From the IMG/VR virus record IMGVR_UViG_3300022923_001281: a stretch of 64,000 nucleotides of DNA; one strand, 5' to 3'. The DNA comes from an uncultured virus (IMG/VR IMGVR_UViG_3300022923_001281) (lineage: Duplodnaviria; Heunggongvirae; Uroviricota; Caudoviricetes). The notes beneath the pieces were generated by a model that saw only the letters and a list, made by a program, of their open reading frames with translations, was not told the origin of the DNA and ran no database searches. Of this stretch, positions 57,498 through 64,000 are shown piece by piece (the first letter of the stretch is position 1; each line of letters begins with the position of its first letter). Position numbers and translations under genes: made by a program.

Positions 57498-59296
57498 AAT
57501 TCAAAGATATAACAGAAGCACCAAAAACAGCAGTTCTAGCATTTGGACGCATGAATCCACCTACAATAGGACATAAAAAATTAGCAGACAAAGTAGCAAG
57601 TTTACCTGGCGATCCTTTTATCTTTGTAAGTCAAAGTCAAAAGCCAAAAACAGATCCATTAAACTTTCCTGATAAACTAAAATATGCTAAAGCCAGTTTT
57701 CCAAATGTAACTGTAGGTAGTAGCGATGTAAAAACAATTATACAAGCGTTACAAAAAATAGAAAGCATAGGTTATGATAATATTATCTATGTTGCTGGCA
57801 GTGATAGAATACAAGACTTTACTACCTTGATTAACAAGTACAACGGCAAAGAATACAATTTTAACAAAATAGATGTTGTAAGTGCTGGCGAGCGTGATCC
57901 TGATGCTGAAGGTGCTGAAGGCATGAGTGCTAGTAAAATGCGAGCGGCCGCAGCAGCAGGTGACTTTGATAGTTTTAAACAAGGTGTTGCTAATCCAAAA
58001 ATTGCTCAACAAATGTTTACTGATGTAAGAAAAGGAATGGGCATCACAGAAATACTAGGCTTTGCTACTCGTACACCTAAACGCACAAGTATAAAAAAGA
58101 AACCTGAGAAGTTTGAACCAAGTGTACAAGATAGAATTGCTGCTCGAAGAAAAGCAGCAGCAAAGGGTGACAAAGATGCTTGGAAAAGTAAAAAAAAGGT
58201 TGACGAAGGTTACAAATTACAACTAGAGCGTGACACTGATATGATGGTATTACATATTGTTGATACTGAAACAGGCAGACGTACAGAAGTTCGTGGCAAG
58301 CTAGGCTATGAATCAGGCAACTATGATCCTAATGACAAATTACACATGCTACTAGATAAAATTGGCAAAAGTGCTGATATTTCGCAGCTAATGAATGGTG
58401 AGCCTGTAGGCATTAATCCAAAGCACCCACAAGGTGCTAGTGCTAAGGCTGCTACTGACAAAGCATATAATGAATCAGACGTGCCGTTGGGCAAGTATCT
58501 ATTCCATGTAACATATGCAAGCGGGTTAACAGGAATGTTAAGAGATGGTCACTTAGGTGAACCAGATGAATATTTTAGTATGACAGCAGATCCAAAATAT
58601 GTAGTGTCGGGCAATCCAGAAGTACAAATAGTCATCGATACTGCTCGTGTAAGCAAAATGGAAACATTTGAAAAGCATGTAGAAGATTGGGAAAGTACTC
58701 CAGGAGCAGGTGATTGGGCTAAAGGCGACGACGGTGATTTTGAAAGTGAGTACAGGGTAGAAGAAACGATACCTTGGAACTATGTAGTAGCAGTAAAAAT
58801 CCTAAAGTCTAAAGCAACACCAGAAATAATAGAACTAGCAAAAAAACGTGGTGTGAAACTAGTTGGCAAAGATAACAACGTAACTGAAAACGTTGCATAT
58901 AATGAAAGCACAGAGCTAGATAGTCTTAGAAAATTTGTTAGGTCTCAACGAGAAGCACCCGATCAAGTTCTTTATCAAATGATGATGGCGCCAGATACTT
59001 ATGGACACGCAGCATCAAACTTTGTAAGAAGTTGGTATGAGAAAACAAAAGAAGAAAATGGTTTAAATGATGTAGATTCAGCGTTAGAAATAATGGTTGA
59101 TCAACTTGGAATGAATGAAAACTTTGCTGATGGTAAAGTAAAAGGCAAAAGCAGACCAGGGCGTGTAAAGCGTTCAGGTGCTAGTTGTAATGGAAGTGTT
59201 ACAGCATTACGCAAAAGGGCTAAAAATAGTAGTGGTGAAAAAGCGAGGATGTATCATTGGTGCGCAAACATGAAGTCGGGCAAAAAGAAAAAATAG
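57494..59296 (+). CDS. multidomain protein: cytidylyltransferase-like (HxGH) domain + putative ADP-ribosyltransferase-like domain
   Basis: FGRMNPPTIGH, VAGSDR, MSASKMR; internal YLFHVT...YFSMT...ESEY. Confidence 0.7.
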   Translation: MKFKDITEAPKTAVLAFGRMNPPTIGHKKLADKVASLPGDPFIFVSQSQKPKTDPLNFPDKLKYAKASFPNVTVGSSDVKTIIQALQKIESIGYDNIIYVAGSDRIQDFTTLINKYNGKEYNFNKIDVVSAGERDPDAEGAEGMSASKMRAAAAAGDFDSFKQGVANPKIAQQMFTDVRKGMGITEILGFATRTPKRTSIKKKPEKFEPSVQDRIAARRKAAAKGDKDAWKSKKKVDEGYKLQLERDTDMMVLHIVDTETGRRTEVRGKLGYESGNYDPNDKLHMLLDKIGKSADISQLMNGEPVGINPKHPQGASAKAATDKAYNESDVPLGKYLFHVTYASGLTGMLRDGHLGEPDEYFSMTADPKYVVSGNPEVQIVIDTARVSKMETFEKHVEDWESTPGAGDWAKGDDGDFESEYRVEETIPWNYVVAVKILKSKATPEIIELAKKRGVKLVGKDNNVTENVAYNESTELDSLRKFVRSQREAPDQVLYQMMMAPDTYGHAASNFVRSWYEKTKEENGLNDVDSALEIMVDQLGMNENFADGKVKGKSRPGRVKRSGASCNGSVTALRKRAKNSSGEKARMYHWCANMKSGKKKK

Positions 59297-59472
59297 ACTG
59301 GGCAGTAGAATACCCAGACGGTTATAGCAGAACGTGGAGAGAACACGAAGACATGAGCATTGATGATATAGAATGGGCGCACTACATAGCCAAGTACAAA
59401 GAACACGAAGCAAATAGAACAAGCACAAACGAAAGAAACAAATACTGGAATGAATATAGAAGATCTAAATGA
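59257..59472 (+). CDS. hypothetical protein (start uncertain)
   Basis: 71-aa ORF overlapping the previous gene's end in the -1 frame. Confidence 0.5.
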   Translation: MVRKHEVGQKEKIDWAVEYPDGYSRTWREHEDMSIDDIEWAHYIAKYKEHEANRTSTNERNKYWNEYRRSK

Positions 59473-59713
59473 AGATGCTAGAATCGTAAAAAATGTTAAC
59501 ACTACCGCAGATGTTGATATTGATCAAATACCAGTGGAAGCAATTAAATTAGGCAACAAAGTCACAATAGACGGTGTGCCGCCATTTTTACGTGTAGATG
59601 GTAAACTAAAAGAACGGCGTTACACAGCGTATGAATGGAGTGTAATGGAGGGTGGACACAGTTTAGAAGAGCCAGAGGCAAAACCTAAACTGTTTGATTT
59701 CGATAAATACTAA
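59450..59713 (+). CDS. hypothetical late protein
   Basis: MNIEDLNE| start; WSVMEGGH. Confidence 0.65.
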   Translation: MNIEDLNEDARIVKNVNTTADVDIDQIPVEAIKLGNKVTIDGVPPFLRVDGKLKERRYTAYEWSVMEGGHSLEEPEAKPKLFDFDKY

Positions 59714-59714
59714 C

Positions 59715-59906
59715 ATGTTCATTAGAGAGACTTTTAAAAAAACACCATTTTTAATGTTTATGGCTGATTTACGTATCAGACAAAAATTTTATAGCCAAGC
59801 TATAAAAGTCCAAACCAGTGCTCGTAATGTAATTGAAGCACGTAAGCAAATTATGGCACAATATGGTCCAGAAACAAAAATTATCTCACTAAGGAGAATC
59901 AAATGA
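59715..59906 (+). CDS. hypothetical protein, apparently leaderless
   Basis: TAAATA at 59704-59709, ATG at 59715. Confidence 0.6.
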   Translation: MFIRETFKKTPFLMFMADLRIRQKFYSQAIKVQTSARNVIEARKQIMAQYGPETKIISLRRIK

Positions 59907-60466
59907 ATTTACGTGAGATTACAGGTGGAGGCAAAGATGCTCATCAAGCAAAAGGCAAAGATCCAATGCCTAAAGCAAAAGGTGGCAGAAAAAAACATCC
60001 TTTAAAGCATCAATTAGTAGGCGATAGTATAGAACATGAACTCGACGAAGCAGCACCTGTTATAGCCGCAGCTATATGGCTTATTAAATGGGCAGCAGTA
60101 CGTGGCGCATGGCCTGTATTAAAGTTTATACTAAAAAGATATGGCGGTAAATTAGCATTTGGCGCAGGAGCAGTAGCAGCAATTGATCAAGGATGGGATT
60201 GGGTAATTAGTAAAGTTGGCGAAGAGTATGCCCAGATGCTTATTGATAACAAATTTGAAATTGGAATGGCAGTAGCATTAATAATGGGTGCTGTAGCATT
60301 ACAAAAAATCTTTATGAAAAAGGGTGACGAAATTGTCGCTAAGTATCAAGAGTCAATTAACGAAATGACCAGTGCGGGCGGCATAGCAGCAGTAGCAATG
60401 CCAATGGGCACATTACAGCGTAGAGGCACAAAGCCAAAACGCAAAGCAAAAAAGAAGAACAGATAA
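59903..60466 (+). CDS. hypothetical late protein with hydrophobic helices
   Basis: AAGGAG SD; LDE|A and INE|M sites. Confidence 0.7.
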   Translation: MNLREITGGGKDAHQAKGKDPMPKAKGGRKKHPLKHQLVGDSIEHELDEAAPVIAAAIWLIKWAAVRGAWPVLKFILKRYGGKLAFGAGAVAAIDQGWDWVISKVGEEYAQMLIDNKFEIGMAVALIMGAVALQKIFMKKGDEIVAKYQESINEMTSAGGIAAVAMPMGTLQRRGTKPKRKAKKKNR

Positions 60467-60488
60467 ATAGTAGTAATCGGAGAATACT

Positions 60489-61322
60489 ATGACAACAGTA
60501 GATGAAAAATCAAAAGGTTTGTATTACAACGTAAACAAACGTAAGAAAGCAGGAACAAGTCGTCCAAAAAATCATCCTAAAGCGCCAAGCGCACAGGATT
60601 GGAAAGATGCTGCTAAAACAGCAAAAGAAGACAACCAAATGGGTATGGATCCAAAGCATAGAGAAATCGCTGGCTTAGGACGTAAAATGATCGACATGGC
60701 ATCTAAGATGACAGGTACAGATGATAATACACTTATGATGGCAAATGCTTTATCTCGTCTTGGCGACACACTTACAAACTTTGGTGCTAACTTTGGTCCA
60801 AAGAGCATGGAAGATGTTGTAAGAATTACAGGCATGGACAAACCAGTGATCTCCGCACTGATTAAAAAAGCCAAAAGCGACACAGGTTCTTCAACTAACC
60901 AAGCAGCAGAAGGCAACGAGTTTGCTAAAAAAGTTGCTGACTTAAAAGCAAAAGGTGCTAAACCAGGAACTAAGTTTAAAACATCAGACGGTCAAGAACA
61001 TGTACTTGAAGGTCTTGCTGATATGGCAGATATTGCCGAGCGTGATCACGAAGTACAAATGGCAAGAGCAGAGCTTTATAAGATTGCCAAGTATAGTATC
61101 AAACTACATGACATGATGAAAAGTATAAGCGAAGCTGAAGGTCTTGAAGGATGGATGCAGAGTAAAATTACTAAAGCAGCAGATTACTTAGGCAGTGTGT
61201 ATCATACTCTTGATTATGATCAATCACCAATTGCTACCGAATCACATAAGTTTACAATGTCAGAAAACGATGTCACTGCGTATAAAAATACATTAGCAGA
61301 AAAGATGTCAAAAAAAAAATAA
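60489..61322 (+). CDS. hypothetical multidomain late protein (probable -1 frameshift extension to 61462)
   Basis: GATAAATA + GGAG; DHEVQMAR.EL...LEGWMQSKITKA.DYL..V. Confidence 0.75.
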   Translation: MTTVDEKSKGLYYNVNKRKKAGTSRPKNHPKAPSAQDWKDAAKTAKEDNQMGMDPKHREIAGLGRKMIDMASKMTGTDDNTLMMANALSRLGDTLTNFGANFGPKSMEDVVRITGMDKPVISALIKKAKSDTGSSTNQAAEGNEFAKKVADLKAKGAKPGTKFKTSDGQEHVLEGLADMADIAERDHEVQMARAELYKIAKYSIKLHDMMKSISEAEGLEGWMQSKITKAADYLGSVYHTLDYDQSPIATESHKFTMSENDVTAYKNTLAEKMSKKK

Positions 61323-61458
61323 AGTCAGCCCATAAACACGCAGACAAGTTAAAGAAAGATAAAAAAGCAAAGTCTAGTATCACAAAATGGGCTAAAGACA
61401 AAGGAATGGATCCAGAAGGTGCTATGTACGCAATAGCAATGAATAGGGAGAAAAAGAA

Positions 61459-61623
61459 ATGAAAATATCTGAAGTAACCGATCACACTTGCGAAGAGTGC
61501 GGCAATGTAAGTTGGACCACATTAGACGAAGAAAAGAAAAAAGGTAGCCACGGAAAAGTATGCTGGAAAGGCTATCGTAGAGGAAAAGGCAATAGTTGCC
61601 ATAAGGTAAAAGGCGACGGCTAG
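61459..61623 (+). CDS. 54-aa protein with CxxC and CWKGY motifs (not in ORF track)
   Basis: MKISEVTDHTCEECGN...LDEEKKK...CWKGYRR...C; GGAG SD. Confidence 0.7.
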   Translation: MKISEVTDHTCEECGNVSWTTLDEEKKKGSHGKVCWKGYRRGKGNSCHKVKGDG

Positions 61624-62315
61624 TGTGCTTGTATAACGACGGTGTTATATTAGAAAAACAACTTTTTGACAAACAAACTATAAAAAATATAAAAGAAAGT
61701 GTTTCAGCATTAAAACCTGATCACGGGTTTGATCATAACCTTGAATTCACTGTTGATAAACCAAAAAACCTATACAGTCAATATTGTTCAGAAAACATAG
61801 ACGATAAAAGTTTTTCTATCCTAAATAATAAAATTAAAAAAATAGTAAACGACCACATAGAAGATGCTGTGCCTTTTGGTAATGGAAATGTAGTTGTACA
61901 AAATTCAGGATATAATGCTGTCATGCCACATCTTGATTGTCCTTACAGATTCACACAATACAATTATGAAAAAGATTTACTTGGCGTATTGGCATTTGTA
62001 CCTTTAGATAATTTTACCAAAGAAAACGGTGCTACAGGGTTTGTAAAAGGAAGTCATAAATTTCACTTGGATAATGTAAAATGTTATGAAGGTCATTATA
62101 ACGATTTTTATAATGACAACCATGAGCAAATTGAATGCAAGATTGGAGATGTAATTATTTGGAACGCAAAAATATTACATAGCGGCATGCCTAATCATAC
62201 TAAGTATTCAAGGGCTGGTATTGCTATAAATTATGTTAGCAATAGTATTATGGATAACCTATACAAAATTATGAATGAACAAAGTCATAGTGAGCAATAT
62301 AGAAATGACGTTTGA
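61623..62315 (+). CDS. phytanoyl-CoA dioxygenase-family 2OG-Fe(II) oxygenase
   Basis: PHLD, PLD.FT.ENGAT..V.GSH, GDV..W....LHSG..N. Confidence 0.85.
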   Translation: MCLYNDGVILEKQLFDKQTIKNIKESVSALKPDHGFDHNLEFTVDKPKNLYSQYCSENIDDKSFSILNNKIKKIVNDHIEDAVPFGNGNVVVQNSGYNAVMPHLDCPYRFTQYNYEKDLLGVLAFVPLDNFTKENGATGFVKGSHKFHLDNVKCYEGHYNDFYNDNHEQIECKIGDVIIWNAKILHSGMPNHTKYSRAGIAINYVSNSIMDNLYKIMNEQSHSEQYRNDV

Positions 62316-62808
62316 AGAAAACATACATAACTGGATAGAAAAATTCCTAAGTATACCTAACACGACTTTTAGTAATCTGCCTCCTTGTCCCTTTGCTAAA
62401 CAAGCAATGTTAGAAGACAAAATACAATGTGTTGAATTAAAGGCTATAGATCGACTTAGCATTGGTGAATATTTTATATGCGAATTAGAAAACTTTTCTT
62501 ATCATTGGCCTAGAAAAAAAGAAGTAGTAATATTAGGTTGCGACCCACAATTAATCACTAGCGAAGAATTATCTCGTGCTGTAGGACATGCTAACGATCA
62601 ATTTTTACATAACAGAGGATACATTGCGCTAGAGGATCATCCAGACGAAGAAGAAAAAGTTAATGAAGTAATTTTAAACAATGGCCAATATGCCATTGTA
62701 TTTTTACAGGATTCAAAAAAGTTAAATACAGCAAGAACAGCATTACAAAAACAAAATTATTATGTTAACTGGGATGCCGAATACTATGCTGATGTAACTG
62801 AAATATGA
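62305..62808 (+). CDS. hypothetical protein (DUF1415-like)
   Basis: LPPCPFAK and L.DHP motifs. Confidence 0.55.
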   Translation: MTFEENIHNWIEKFLSIPNTTFSNLPPCPFAKQAMLEDKIQCVELKAIDRLSIGEYFICELENFSYHWPRKKEVVILGCDPQLITSEELSRAVGHANDQFLHNRGYIALEDHPDEEEKVNEVILNNGQYAIVFLQDSKKLNTARTALQKQNYYVNWDAEYYADVTEI

Positions 62809-63242
62809 CAAGTAGAATCGATTTAACAAAAACAACATATAAAACAATTGATTTTAAATTGTTGTCTAGTAATGAATTTACAGAATGTGAACAAATATAC
62901 AAACAGTATATAAGATACAAAAACTTTGAAGAAATATATCCAATTTTTAGAGAAGACTGGGATCATTCTACAGTTTTTGGATATTACGACAACAACCAAT
63001 TAGTAGCATGGAGTGCTTATTATGTATATCCTAGTAAAAGCACAGCACATGCGGATCAATTTGCTTGGAACTACAAGAATCCTAAACTTAAATTAGGTTA
63101 CAAATCTTTGAGAAGTGAATGTGCCTATTTTAGAAATATAGGATTTAAATACCTAATACTCGGAGATCTATACAGTTACAAACAAGAGCTTAAAGGATTT
63201 GAAACAATAAATATAGATTCACCAGGCGCATTTGAGTCTTGA
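62805..63242 (+). CDS. aminoacyl-tRNA-protein transferase-like (ATE1/Bpt C-terminal GNAT domain)
   Basis: IY..Y, YY.N.QLVA, ..AWNY..PKLKLG..S...E, GFKYLILG....YK. Confidence 0.6.
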   Translation: MTSRIDLTKTTYKTIDFKLLSSNEFTECEQIYKQYIRYKNFEEIYPIFREDWDHSTVFGYYDNNQLVAWSAYYVYPSKSTAHADQFAWNYKNPKLKLGYKSLRSECAYFRNIGFKYLILGDLYSYKQELKGFETINIDSPGAFES

Positions 63243-63267
63243 CTTATTACATATAATAGTATATAAT
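63239..63267 (+). promoter_or_regulatory. sigma70-type promoter
   Basis: TTGACT-N17-TATAAT. Confidence 0.75.
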
Positions 63268-63291
63268 TAAATTAAAACAAAAGGAGCAAGT

Positions 63292-63555
63292 ATGAGTGAC
63301 AGAGTTTACGGCGCTGAAGAAAAAGCTAAACTAGAACGTCTAGTAAAAGAAGGTGTAACAGTATTACAAGAGATTGAAGATTTACAAGGCGGATTGAAAG
63401 AAACTGTGAAAGCAGTAGCAGAAGAACTTAACGTAAAACCTAGTCTTATTAATAAAGCAATTAAAGTTGCTCAAAAAAATGACTGGTCACGTCATCAAGA
63501 TGAATTTGAAGATCTTGAAACCATTGTTGCTACAACTGGATATGATAAAGACTAA
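63292..63555 (+). CDS. dsDNA-binding protein (T4 DsbA/GapR-like)
   Basis: Helical 87 aa: KL..L..EG..VL.EIEDL...LK...KA..EEL...P..I.KAIK. Confidence 0.65.
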   Translation: MSDRVYGAEEKAKLERLVKEGVTVLQEIEDLQGGLKETVKAVAEELNVKPSLINKAIKVAQKNDWSRHQDEFEDLETIVATTGYDKD

Positions 63556-63573
63556 GTACTTTAAGGAGTTTAC

Positions 63574-64000
63574 ATGAATCGAGGCAAAGTAGAACCAGTT
63601 TGGCAAGACCAAAGTTTTTATAATTTAGATTATGAAAGTCGCGGTGGTTATGGGCAAGATGAATACATCATGTATGGGCACGATCCATACAAAGTAATAA
63701 TTAACAATGATGTATATGTTGGCCCAATGTCTAAGATGCCAGACTTTAGTAGCAATGTGATTGAACAACTTCCAACTCATGATAGTTATAGTGTTGCTTT
63801 TTACAGAACACCACCAGGTAACATATTGCCAGTACATAAAGATATGTATTGTAATTATATGAAAATGAACAACATATCAGATGTTAACAAAATTACTAGA
63901 TACATTGTTTTCTTAGAAGATTCTAAACGTGGACATCTTTTTCAAATAGAAAAAGAAGTGTTAGCAGACTGGAAGCGTGGAGATTGGATTAGTTGGACAG
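63574..64000 (+). CDS. 2OG-Fe(II) oxygenase/cupin, runs off the window end
   Basis: AAGGAG SD, ATG 63574; PGNILPVHKD...RYIVFLED...W..GDW; paralog of 7136..7666. Confidence 0.75.
   Translation, partial: MNRGKVEPVWQDQSFYNLDYESRGGYGQDEYIMYGHDPYKVIINNDVYVGPMSKMPDFSSNVIEQLPTHDSYSVAFYRTPPGNILPVHKDMYCNYMKMNNISDVNKITRYIVFLEDSKRGHLFQIEKEVLADWKRGDWISWT

Noticed and set aside
1..64000. Bacterial chromosome (because of infA, clpA, dnaJ, def, thyX, iscA)
   Set aside because: These genes are interspersed with T4-like baseplate/tail genes, spanins, a gp44-like loader, TAAATA late promoters and dense small ORFans, which is the pattern of a large phage.
1..64000. Alternative genetic code / stop-codon reassignment
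   Set aside because: Conserved genes translate full length in the standard code; TAA, TAG and TGA all terminate genes with coupled downstream starts; no suppressor anticodon among the five tRNAs.
1..64000. CRISPR array, rRNA, IS/transposase or integrase
   Set aside because: No regularly spaced direct repeats and no such motifs seen by eye.

Overview
AT-rich, densely coding 64-kb segment of a large tailed (T4-superfamily/jumbo-like) bacteriophage genome, almost all on the + strand. The host is probably an aquatic alphaproteobacterium (inferred from the FdxA-type ferredoxin, IscA and the lysis genes). The window contains: small early genes behind consensus sigma70 promoters (TTGACA-N16/17-TATAAT); infA; a putative restriction-modification pair; five tRNAs in two clusters; many auxiliary metabolic genes (radical SAM x3, sulfotransferase-like x4, 2OG-Fe(II) oxygenases x4, fatty-acid desaturase, queD, uvsE, thyX, phoH, iscA, fdxA); a tail/baseplate module; a stand-alone DnaE fragment and an RFC-like clamp loader; a lysis cassette (GH19 endolysin, overlapping spanins, NlpC/P60 lipoprotein, holin candidates); a dnaJ-def-clpA block plus GroES and an ATE1/Bpt-like transferase; and a run of late proteins with T4-like (I/L)xE maturation sites. 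The most striking signal is a non-coding block at about 12.15-12.9 kb. It consists of a ~190-nt structured RNA, then a 20-codon leader peptide rich in ATA, TGG and CCA codons, then an intrinsic terminator and a kissing-loop RNA, directly upstream of the tRNAs (Trp-CCA, Pro-TGG, CAT) that read those same codons. This looks like a tRNA-sensing attenuator that controls phage tRNA expression. Also notable are a preQ1-like pseudoknot before queD, a probable -1 frameshift at an A10 run, and TAAATA-driven leaderless late genes. All functional calls come from motif reading by eye; no database searches were run.
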